Positions 1-11,200 of a stretch of 64,000 nucleotides of DNA are shown here, piece after piece. Positions within the stretch are counted from its first letter, which is position 1, and the number at the start of each line of letters is the position of its first letter. The stretch spans positions 496,001 through 560,000 of the forward strand of contig CM120640.1 of the NCBI GenBank assembly GCA_051362555.1, in the 5' to 3' direction. The position numbers and the translations under genes were made by a program. The DNA is from Lingula anatina. Lineage: Eukaryota; Animalia; Brachiopoda. The notes below the pieces were generated by a model, which saw only the letters and a program-made list of their open reading frames with translations, ran no database searches and had not been told where the DNA came from.

Positions 1-497
1 CTACATGCGTCCTTACTAATTTATTGGTGAAAAAAGTAATTAACACTCGATGCCACCACTCTCCTATCTAACACTTTAATAATAACTGTCAATGATGCAG
101 AATACTGTTTAACTGATACAGAATACTAGTAGAAGTGGTTAATATGCGTTACTGGGAATCCACGCTCCACCGACGCTAGATTCAAATGTACCTTTAAGAC
201 GGAAAGATGGTGTGGCCATTTAGGTCAAAATTTAGTCCAATCTGATCTAAGATGAATCAGAACTAGTCTCATGAAATAAAACTACAAGAAAGAAATGGTG
301 ACTGTTTTAGACAAATGGTTTATCGAATTAAGTCGGCTACTACACCTTTATCGTGCACATTCCATTATCAAACTGTTCTGAGAAACTAGTCTCTGCCAAC
401 CTCAGAATAAACTCTTAAATGACCATTGTTGAAAATCTATTTTGAAAATATCCCAAACGTAACAATAAACAGTATATAAAAAAATAAGCTTCTAATA

Positions 498-738
498 GGG
501 GAGACCGGGGCTAGTTGGACCCCGGGGTAAGCTGCCCCCCCCCCATCAAGCCTCTTTAATTAAGTTACTTTAAGATGCTAAATTATTTCATTTGGACTCA
601 CTGCCGACGCTTTCTTAGCACTATTGGATACGGTCACTTTACAAAATGATGTGATCAATTCTTTTACACCATAGTTAGTTTGCTATAAATTGATGGGGGT
701 CCAACTTACCCCGGGGTCCAACTAGCCCAGGTCTCCCC
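498..738. mobile_element. MITE with ~40-bp terminal inverted repeats and TA target-site duplication (Tc1/mariner/pogo-type)
   Basis: ta|GGGGAGACCGGGGCTAGTTGGACCCCGGGGTAAG at 498 is the near-perfect reverse complement of CTTACCCCGGGGTCCAACTAGCCCAGGTCTCCCC|ta ending at 738. No ORF inside. Confidence 0.85.
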
Positions 739-753
739 TACAATTGTTGATAT

Positions 754-1197
754 CTACATTGGAAATATATCGAACCACGGCTCGTTAAATTTTTTTCTCT
801 CATTAATCAGGATCACACACCTTATGTTTTGTTTCCTAGGAAACATCATGTGTCGTCTTAGTCGAGCGTAGGGACTGAGCCACGGCAAAATGTTCCCATT
901 GTCCAGGGATGTGATGATTTGGTTCTCTTCTTTGTGGACGATCGTCTGGTCCGCGTCCCCTCCAAATGAGCTGCCCTTTAAGAACGCCTCCTGAAAACGC
1001 TTTCCAAATCGGTTCAGTCTGTTCCGATACACCAGCGGACATGCGCTGGTGAGGCATTCTTCCAGCTGAGCGTTGTTTTCGGTAAATTTGCTACATAGTT
1101 GGTGACACGCCGACATGTGGCATTCCATAAACTGAAGGGACAACAGGGCCAGCGCTGTCCACCAGCTCACACACCTAACATGAAATGATTTTGCCAT
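754..1197 (-). CDS. Cys-rich RFamide neuropeptide precursor (CCRFamide-like), 147 aa, single coding exon
   Basis: ATG at 1197 follows an acceptor (ttttgcagtttcag|, exon starts 1211). Hydrophobic signal-like N-terminus (MAKSFHVRCVSWWTALALLSLQF). C-x3-C-x12-C-x4-C motif, then ...RNRLNRF-G-KR (amide-donor Gly plus dibasic site). Layout resembles lophotrochozoan CCRFamide precursors as I recall them. Confidence 0.75.
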   Translation of the reverse strand: MAKSFHVRCVSWWTALALLSLQFMECHMSACHQLCSKFTENNAQLEECLTSACPLVYRNRLNRFGKRFQEAFLKGSSFGGDADQTIVHKEENQIITSLDNGNILPWLSPYARLRRHMMFPRKQNIRCVILINERKKFNEPWFDIFPM

Positions 1198-3761
1198 TTC
1201 TCTCACTGGTCCTGAAACTGCAAAACACGCTCTTATAGTAAGAGATCCACAATTCAAAGAAAAGAAATGTCTGGTACTTTTTTAGGAATTCCAATAAGCA
1301 ACATATAAGCAATTCAAGACAAAGAGGAATCCAATGCCATTACCGAAGTAGCACTCCACCATATTGTTAAAGTAAATCACATATCTGTTTCCTAATCTCC
1401 CATTATTTCCTTTCGGGCATACTTCTAAACATATATTATATCGTTCATTGCCTATCAAAAAAGATTGGTTTTTCTAAAGAGGGCCTTAAGCGCAGACTTA
1501 ACCCAAGGTAACTGTAGCCGTACCACCGTCTGGAGTACGTCAGGAAGAGGAATCAATTACTTATAGCCGTAGGTCTTCCTCAACACCGTCCTTCGCCCAA
1601 TAACCACAGATGAAAGATGAAATGATTGGAAAAAAAGACGTGTTTTTAAAATATCGTTTTTCCTTCGTCATGTTTATTTTAATAAAACACGCCCTCACGG
1701 TTTTGTATTAGCACAATTAGACGCCGAACTACATAGTAATGAAACTAATTATCAATCAGTAATGCTCTACTTGTTAAATAATAAAAACTTTAGTTGTACA
1801 TGTATTTCCTTGGCAACAGGAAGGTTGTGTAAGCAGTCCTTAATTGTCTTCTTTCTGATTTATTACAAACCATTGGATAATACTCAAGAACATATTTCTG
1901 CATTAATCCAGCATAAAATATAGAACTTACAGGAAAGAATAATCAAGGGATTTTCGTTGTCTCGTAACTTACATGAAGGCTAAATAACGAGAAACTAAGA
2001 AATTGGTAATGTAGTCTCTAAATTAAGGATGTTGTTACCCTATATTATCATCGACATACCGAAAATTATTTAAAAAAGCATCCATCTTTGTGCTGATTTA
2101 AATTGCTAAAAATCCTCTCGAAAATATAAATATCGGCGTTTATATTTCTCGTTGCAATGTATAAGCATAAGCAACTTAAGGGTTTAATCGTCGAATTTAC
2201 TCCTTTCTATTTTGAGGTGAGATGGCAATCGGTATCCTTGAACAAGATTGTATCATGAAAACTGGCATACTTGACCACGAGTGCATTTTGGTTTAAATGT
2301 TTTTGTGGTGGAGTTATGAGCCCCAAATTGCAGATTTTCATTAAACAAAGGCATAATTTTGCTTTATAAACCATAAAATCTGACCTAAGACATTTAAGAA
2401 AAATCGCTGGCAGGGATTTGGAGTGCTAAATGGTGTCCTTAAATTGGCGTTAAACGGTGTTCGTGAGTGCTCAGGTAAAGGAGAAATTTGAGAAACTGTT
2501 TCAATTTTTCCACATGACGTCATCCGTAAGGTGACGTGTGTAAATGTTAATTAATTTAGTCACTGAACACTGAAGATTTATCGGCTATCCAGAAGAATAT
2601 ATGTAAGGCAGTAAATGGGGAGTTTTTGGCCAAGGCCAACAATATCCTTAAGAATGTATTAGAATATTTTAGTACCTTTTTAGTTAAATATAAATAAAAT
2701 AAGAAAGACACAAGAAGGAAGCTTCCCTTTGCTGCACGATGCCTGTACCTTGATGTGACATCCCCCTCTCCCCATTTTCAAATTAACATGGCGGATTTAT
2801 CTTCTCTCCAAAACGAAGGGGAGGTACAACAGAAGTACTACCAACTGCCCTGATTTGAAACACAAAGCCCAAAATAAACTTTCTCGGGAGTCGGGCGGTT
2901 TCCACTCAATATCCTGTTATATACTGTAACGCTGCAAAACATTTTGATTGACAAGACTGGTGAAACTTTCAGGAGAACAAGGCGAGGAGAAAGAAATCTT
3001 CAACTGAGAAGCACTATCTCTGAACTCATTTGATAATTTTTACAAATTGGAAAATAAAAAAGTAGTCTTAAAATCAAAATTAGAAACAACAAGGTGAAAA
3101 TTGTTTTAATAATACCTTGATCCGCGACAACTGATAACTTCCTAGAATAACCATCGGGTTAGTGGACAGATTATAAACTTGCGTCTTAAATACAATGTAA
3201 GTTTACCCTTGGAAGCAGACCTACATCTTTTTAAATCTACTTAGGAAAAAGCACACATGTTACTGTCGACGCATTAATTTTGAAAACAAAACCTTGGCCT
3301 CAGAGGCTGCTTGTTGTGTAGCCGCTTTTAAAGAAATCCGATTTATCAGTAAATTAATAAAGTCATATAAAAACTGCAAAGAAGAAATATTCTATGAATG
3401 AATAAAATGTTGAATTGGATAAGTGTTGAAATATCAGTTTTCCATTTGGACCTTGTGTTTTTTTATATTGAAACATATCCTAGGCTACTGTTGGATACAG
3501 ATTCTATTAGATGATAATGGTTGTTTCTAAAATGGTTAACTTTCAGGAGTGCTACAGTGTATACTCTTATATCACTTACTTCTCTGTTCCTTACTGTTTG
3601 CCAGGAATTTGTCTGTTATTTGTTTTCAATTATTGTCACTTTGAATGTATTATCGGGATGTTGTGCCTGATAAAAAAGGGAAAAAAACAATTGCAACGCC
3701 TTTTAGTAAGAGAAAAATATGTTAAATGCTATTTCACTTACCGATAGATTCTTGAGATTAT

Positions 3762-3905
3762 CCAGTTATTTCATCCGAAACAACACTTTGAAAACCGGCT
3801 AAGTGTTAAGTCCAGTTATTTCAGCCAAAATAACACTTTGAAAACCAGCTAAGTGCTAAGTCCAGTTATTTCATCCAAATCAACACCTTAAAAAACATCT
3901 AAGTG
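3762..3905. repeat. ~50-bp tandem repeat, 3 copies
   Basis: TCCAGTTATTTCATCCGAAACAACACTTTGAAAACCGGCTAAGTG recurs at about 3762, 3811 and 3861. Confidence 0.85.
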
Positions 3906-5375
3906 CACCCCTTGTGTGTGTCTGGTTCCTCCTTCTTTGGGTCACCCCTATTTAAGACGTCAGGTTTCTAGGCGAGCAATGGCTGCCTAAGGAGGAGAAT
4001 ACAGACAGTATGTTCCGTTAATCATAAGGCAAGGTGATCAGGTTACTATCATACTCAAAGCTGGGATTGTGGCGCATTGTCTCCAGTTTATACATCGACG
4101 TTACGCACAAGAAGCACGCGATCAAGTTCTACTTTAAGGGTATTCAGGAGTGATTACCGCCTAATACGTGGAACCTTGACAGACGCTGGGAATGGCGGTG
4201 TGGCAAGACATGAAGTAGAGGATGAGGTTGCGTGGTTACAGCTAGACTGATTAATAAGTAATTTCCCAAACCAATTATGGATTTTAATTTTATCTGGCAC
4301 AGACGCCTTATTTGGAGACAAAGGTTTTATCTCAACTTTCTTATGTAATCCTACAAGTGCGATTTTTTAAGTGCGTCAAGAGTGAAATTTGAAATATTTA
4401 AGAGAGAAAGCTCGGTAATGCACAATGTCCAATTAAGAAGTTATAACAACAGGAGAAAGTCTCCAAAGACGTACCTCAGGAAAATGAAATAAGAGAGAAA
4501 AAGCGGTAGCGAAATATGAGCCATGAACTGACATCCTTTTTCAGCATACCTGATAACTATATACAAGATGGGGTCTCTCTTTGGATTTGAGTGTTCCCGT
4601 GACCTATACAGGGTGACGCAAATAAAGGCAACCGTGATTTAAAACGCCTTGAAAAGGATAACATGTGTATTCTAAGTTGAAAATATGTTTTTCTTTTCAT
4701 AGTTCCTTAATGTATTCTATTTTGAGTACATCTGAAAATAATGACAATGTGACGCTTCTTTTCCGCTAGAAAACCCAGCTGATCTTTGGTAGTAATTAAA
4801 TTCTCGTCAGAATTCTTTGAGACCAAGGTGATTCAATAATTTGCTTAATTTCCTTTTTCGGGCCATCAAAGGCAGACGTACGTCCTTCCCGAAAAACTTG
4901 GTTCTTTTGTCTGTTTAATGTGCCACGGGTTCTCAGAATGGCCGACATCCGTCTATCCCACATAGGAAGGTTAATTACATCTTGAAATAGAAACGGTTTT
5001 AAGACACTTACGCAACTGTTCAATTCAATCATTCCTGAGCAGGTTGGCATCAAATTCCTCAGAAATGAGCATCTGTATAAGGAAAGATGTAGAGATGAGA
5101 CTGAAACTTTGTTGGAGGTACCCTATGGTCAGGTAGATATCAGTTTACTCCAACGCAACTCCAAAGCAACCAAGTCTAGAGGAAAATGATGCGGACGTGT
5201 ATTGTTTTACGCCGTGTCGCTATAACTCTACTTTATTAAACAAATAATGGAAGTCGTTAACCAAAAATAACACCTGTTTGGCAGAGGTAAACCAAGGTCT
5301 AGATGGTTACTGCGAAAGCCTACATACGCGGGTAGCAACACCCCTACAAAGACGTTTAACCTACACTGTATGTTC

Positions 5376-5627
5376 TCAGGCCTTCTAAACAGGCGTTTAC
5401 TAACACTACCTGCAGATCTTTTAGCACTAATAATATTAATCACAAAGCCCACGAATTAACCAAAACGCCGTAAAATTATTTAGCACCAACAAAGCGATGC
5501 CTAGCACTAACATTCATCTGCTCTTATAGTGCTGGTTACTTTGTGGGTTTGGTTGTTAATATGGGTGTTAGTGCTAAAAGCTCTGCGGGTAGTGCTAGTA
5601 AACGCATAATCCGTTTATAAGGCCTGA
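5376..5627. mobile_element. Fold-back MITE-like element
   Basis: TCAGGCCTT..GCGTTTACTAACACTACCTGCAGATCTTTTAGCACTAA mirrors TTAGTGCTAAAAGCTCTGCGGGTAGTGCTAGTAAACGC..AAGGCCTGA. Confidence 0.7.
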
Positions 5628-5978
5628 TTCTGCAGCCTTCCTTCGTCTAGCAGGCACGGGCAGCCTTGGTGAAAACGAAATCTATCCTGTTTCAAAACGC
5701 CGGCCAACGACGCCAGACTCAAAATGACTCGTGAGACACTAAAATACTAGTCCGAGGAATCGATGTCCTTTCTTTGTGGTCCTTTAGGTCCTGCACACAC
5801 GAGTCCCCATTGTGACTATACAGGGTACGTTAAGACCAATCAGGGTAAACTGGACTTTGCTTAAAATTTGGGCACAGGCAAAATTGCAGGTTTAGAAATG
5901 TAACTATTCGGGCCCACAACGGCATCAGGTATTTCAGAATACCAGTAAAAGTCCACCTGTCAGGACTACAATGTAAGT

Positions 5979-6788
5979 AAAACCTCGGGCACAACCGGAC
6001 GCACGAATTTCAGGATCGTACGTCCCCTGCGATTTTGGGGTGTTGCGGAGGCCGTGGAGGTCGTAGAGGTAGAGGAAAGTCTGCCTTGCGAGTCGCGAGG
6101 GCCACATGAGATGTGCTTTCAAGCAGGGACGCTAATTGCAAGGAGCGATGGCCGTGGAAATTGTACTCATTTGTTGAGTTTGTCTTCCTGTGTACGTGGC
6201 ACACACTCACCACTTACGAAGGGAATGCAACGCACGGCGAAAGTAGTGCCCTTTAGCGTCAGTTTTGCTTCACACTTGCCTCACACGTTTGTGGTGACGT
6301 GCTGACGGCGTTCTCTTGCTTTTTGGAGGCATATTAGAGACTAAATTGAGCAATGATTTGAAAATTATGAAAATTGTTGTACACGTTACACAGTCGACGT
6401 TCATTGTAAAGACACGAGCGTGCGTCGTGAGCACGCCTTTTATACACCAGGCGTGGGGGTGACGCACGCGCGACGCATTCCCGGTGTGCTCTCGACTTTG
6501 TTCGTTAGTTGTGAGGGCACTTATTCCTTATTGCTTGCGACGTGCGTCTTGCACAACGAGCGTCTCTCTTGCTCCGTGCGATGGGGGTACGTTACGCTTG
6601 CGGCCTCGCTGTTCGCAGGCTATTCGTAGAATCTTTTGGACATGTCCAACATCCTCCGTACGTGCTTACGGGCTGTCTGCGAACTCGAAATTTCGTAAGA
6701 AGGACTTGCGTGGGACGTGAGATTGTGGGCAAAATTTGGACCCAAACAGCACGTAAGAGCCCGTACGGCCGGTTGTGACCGAGGCTTT
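5979..6788. mobile_element. GC-rich non-autonomous DNA transposon (MITE-like; possibly PIF/Harbinger-type termini)
   Basis: Left AAAACCTCGGGCACAACCGGACGCACG vs right CGTACGGCCGGTTGTGACCGAGGCTTT (imperfect TIR). CpG-rich interior contrasts with the AT-rich flanks. No transposase recognisable. Confidence 0.65.
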
Positions 6789-6789
6789 T

Positions 6790-7262
6790 AACTGTCCCAC
6801 CATAGCGTATAGCACTAACGTATGAGAAAAATTGCTCATACACACACAAACGCAATGAGGTTCATTAGATTTACGTTGCAAGTTTCGAGTAAGCAGGGAA
6901 ACATTGTTGCACCTTTGAAAACGCGGAGGGAAATAAAAATTTCAAGCATGTTTAACATGTTTATACGAGCGTTCAAGTAAAACCAAACGTAATGATACGA
7001 TAGGCTAACAACTAACACGCATAGGAGTACGTTACACTACGCTTCTCATTAAGTTTGCTAGCTTATGCATAGCGTATGCATTACTAGCAATGCTGGCAAG
7101 CGAGTAACGTATTGAACGTATCTCTTACGTTTGATTTACTTTCATTTTCATACGCTGAAAATAGGTGATTTCATATGCTTAACGTTGTGCGTATAATCGA
7201 TTTTGCACACGTTCCTCATACGTTTCTCATACGTTCCTCTATCTGGTAGCGTGACAGAGCCG
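6790..7262. mobile_element. Degenerate MITE-like element with internal (A)ACGTATG/CATACGT motifs
   Basis: Left CTGTCCCACC..AACGTATGAGAAA vs right TTTCTCATACGTT..GTGACAG (weak inverted similarity). Abuts the previous element. Confidence 0.4.
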
Positions 7263-7467
7263 TTCTGTATTTTTCATTTAGTGTGTGTAGGCGTAAACCA
7301 TACAAATATATGATCACGAATTTGAATACGTAGGTGGAATAGTGTTTATGCAATAGAATGATGCAATTATACAATAGAACTGACGACAAGTAGAGCTGCT
7401 CTGGTTATATTCATTGAAACAGATAATACTATGGTTAAAAAGTTATTGTGAAGATGAAAAGTATATA

Positions 7468-8225
7468 AGACCCCATTCAGAATAGGGGACAAAGGCCGCA
7501 TTCACATCGAGAAGAGCCGAGACTCAACAAAGCCGCGACCTAAATATGGCGGACGTACATGAAAGGAAAACAGCCTTATCTTTTAATAGTCTCTCCGCCT
7601 CTCACACGCCTCCCCATGCGTCGTCCTTGAGGGGGTACAGTCATTAAATCTAGGCTCCATTCGCCCGGAAGCTACCTGAGAAATATTAAGTGCGCATGCT
7701 CATCAATTGAACTCGAGGTGAAGAAAGCATGGCGACTGGAGGCGATCGAAGGAAAAAACTATTCTGTTCTATTATCTTTCAAAACAGAGACAAAAAAGGA
7801 ATGAATGACCCGTAGAGCAGCAATGAATCGGCTATCGACGGAGATAATATAAGCTGACCCAAGACCAATGAGCATTTAGTTTTTATCAGGTAACTTCAGG
7901 GCAAATGGAGTCGAGATTTAATGACTTTACCCCCGCAAGGACGACGCGCGGGGAGGCGTGTAAGAGGCGGAGAGACTATTAAAAGATTAGGCGTTTTTCC
8001 TTTCATGTACGTCCGCCAAATTTAGGTCTCGGCTTTGTTGAGCCTCGGCTCTTCTCGATGTGAATGCGGCCTTACTGGTCGGAGGGTCAAATATGGCCGA
8101 GCCACTACAAAGCTTGCCGTCGAATCCGCTTATAGACACTGAATAGATGTCCCGTGGGGAAGTATTCAAGTGGGTCGGCCATATTTGACACTCGGACTTC
8201 TTTGACCCCTATTCTGAATGGGGCT
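7468..8225. mobile_element. Nested MITEs: small CCCCATTCAGAATAGGGG-terminus MITE interrupted by a ~580-bp MITE (7494-8071) with ~160-bp TIRs
   Basis: Outer TIR CCCCATTCAGAATAGGGG (7471) / CCCCTATTCTGAATGGGG (ending ~8223). Inner arms 7494-~7651 and ~7914-8071 are reverse complements (GGCCGCATTCACATCGAGAAGAGCCGAG...). An uninterrupted copy of the outer element lies at 40286-40438. Confidence 0.85.
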
Positions 8226-11200
8226 TAACAGTAAAATGCCATTGCGACAGAGAAGCCTGGTGCAGTTGATGGGATTATTTTGATAAGTCGCAACAAAGCA
8301 AATCAACATGCACAGCTGTACAAATATGTCAAGAGACACACTCTAAATCCATTACATGAAGACCCTTTATCCTCAAATACATTGCAAGGATCATGCAGTC
8401 CATTTACTAACTTATTAATTAATTTATTTTGCTTATGGCTTGTCAAATAAAGTGAAAATATTCACATGTTACACCAACATGACAAAACGAAACAAGATAC
8501 CAGATTAAGAAGCTATATCTGCTCCCAGATCAATATAACTGGCATTGTAAACGACAACTGAGAAAATTCCAAGTATGTAGCAGGGAGGGGGGGGGGAGGG
8601 GGTTAGGGTGCAATTGTGTGGGGATGGGGCACTGTTTTGTATCGTATTTGGTGAAATTAAGGAGTAAATCCTCCATTTTGTTTGTGAATTTTGTAACAGC
8701 TAGACGGGCTGAGATGGGTTCTCCTTGTAGCTTCTAGCTTGTAGGCTATGGTATATAGTCGTTTGTAATATGTAGTCGTCTATATTACGTAGCTGTCTAT
8801 GATATGTAGCCGTTTATGTCATAGAGCCGTCTATGATGATATGATGTGAATATGTAAATGAAACAGAGAGAATATTTTTAAGTTAACCTGTATAACTTAA
8901 ATCGTGTAATAATGGTTACTAGCACTATGCTTTATGTAGCCAAATGTTCAGAAACACAACGAAGCTCTGTTTTTGCTCAAAAGTAAATAAGATAAAGTCT
9001 GTATGACTGAAAATTGTCATTTATTAATAACGAAAAATAATAAGATAAAAAGTTACAAAATTGGGCGGATAATCATGAATCCCTCATACTATATAACTGC
9101 CATAATATGAAAATAATTAAGTAGGTTAATGAGTGCAACCAGGATTAATTGAGCAAAATATGTGAAACCGCAACAGCTATTGGAGCAAAATGTTGGCACA
9201 AAAATAAAGTCCCGTTTGTCGTGTGGGCGTCCAAAATAGTTCCGAACATTGAATTAAACGTTGGTATTATGCATGAACAACCCATTGCTTGTTATGTTAT
9301 TTTGAGTAAAGGTTGTTAATGAATTGCTGTAAGGATAATAATATCAAAAGGACATATTTATCGCTGTTCCGGCTCAGCTTATATTAAATCGTGGTATTAA
9401 AACGGATAATCTTCTAATTAATTATGCGCAAACGCCACCTTCACACCTAAGAATCTTCAGTAGGTGTGTATTCGGAAAGAAAGCCCAATCACTGGCATTC
9501 AGTTGCAATTCCGGTGCTTTTAAAACCGACTTGACGTCAGTGCGACGTCTAAATGGCGTGTAGGCGCTTTTTGTCAATTGAAAATTTTTGGAAACGAAAA
9601 AGAGACAGTAATTAGTTTACAGCGTAGCCACTTACCATGCGGTTGCAGTTATATGTATGACGACTAACACAAATATTTCCATCGCTTTCTCTTGCATGTT
9701 TTGTGTCAATTATAAAAATACATTTAAAGATAAAAAACGTAAAGCCAACGTTTGATATAAGTACGACCACATTTTTCTTGGCAGGCATTGTCAGTACCTC
9801 CAATTAATTTCGTGACATACCTTACTGTTAAATTCTTATTTATATTACGACAATTTTCTCCGCCAGTAGACAATATTTTTTAAGTCCAATATGATTACAA
9901 GCAATGTAGATATTTCTCTTATATCCCCTGACGTCATGGCGTTACGCAAAGACCATTCCACACGTAAGTGCATCATGAAGTACATGAGCATTGCATAAAG
10001 GTACCCTGTCCTGGATTTACAATCCTGAATGAATTTTCCTGGGGAAAAAGAAATTTTCATTTTTAGGTTTCTCCCTGCACTTGGGTTGTGTTGAATGTTT
10101 CATTCTGTTTTTGATTTGATGATTTCGTTCTAAATTTACTGAGCAGTCGTTAAGAACGCCTTGTCTTTTTGTACATTGCAGAAGATACTATCCACAGGTG
10201 CTTTAATTTGAGGGGTTTTATAGTTTTTAATTTGGAAACATAAGCAACTTTGCAGGATATATAGACCTAGAAAATATGACTTTGGGGAATTTTCAAACCC
10301 GTATAGTGTACCTTTAATAGATACCTTTTAATAAAAATTGACCTTTTCTGCGTTTGCCTCTGTGTGGCCTATTGCTCTACCAAGATTTGATAACAAGTAT
10401 TGGCAGGCAATGTTTTACGGGTTCTGTAAAGTCTCTGTAAGAGGATAATTGATGCTCAAAGGACGTGTTTCATATTTAGAATTTAGAAATATTTGCACCA
10501 CTGCCACGAAAGAAATAAAATTCAAATGGGGTTCCAGTGGTACTATTGATGATCGTTGTTTGTATTGGTTGTACTCCAAAATGTGTATTTTTCCGAAGCA
10601 TACCTGGTGAGCCCCGTCTTGACCGATAGCTGCCTGAACACAAGTTATGTATTCCTAATCACGAGGCATTCTTTTGGTGTGGTTCGACTCAAATCGAATG
10701 TGTTTTGCCGTCAATCTTTGAAATGCGATGCACTGTGTTGTTTCCATACTCAGTGTACACATATAGAAATTGGTTTATTGGTTCTTTTTTTTTAATTCCA
10801 GGAAGGAATGTTAGGGCAGTTTCAATAATTAAGTTGCCTTAGAAACAAGTTGGTCATTTTCAGTTAATAAAATTCCCGTTTATTAATTTTTCTCGGCGCA
10901 CTTTTATTCTATTAGCTCAGGAATAAAAGAAACGCGCACTGTGGAGACTTAGGTGACAATGAAAAGAAAGATGGAACTGTGACTGCAAAGTACACAAATC
11001 CCTTTCTTTATACTTAAACAAGACAAAAGGGGCGATAAGAGTTACCAACACTTTTCCCCTTTTCCTTCTGTGAATATTTTACCGCTCCAGAAAATCACCT
11101 TTGGTGAACAAAGACAAGTATTCTAAGCTCTCTCACATTGAAGCATTTTAAGAGAATTTTTGATTTTATCTTTGGTTTTAATATACTGTTTACTTTTTAG

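Noticed and set aside
4607-4640. TACAGGGTG mariner-like terminus
   Set aside because: No matching opposite terminus or transposase remnant found by eye.
5934-7018. Cluster of overlapping short ORFs
   Set aside because: They lie in GC-rich MITE-like elements where stops are rare; no recognisable domain or splice-consistent model.
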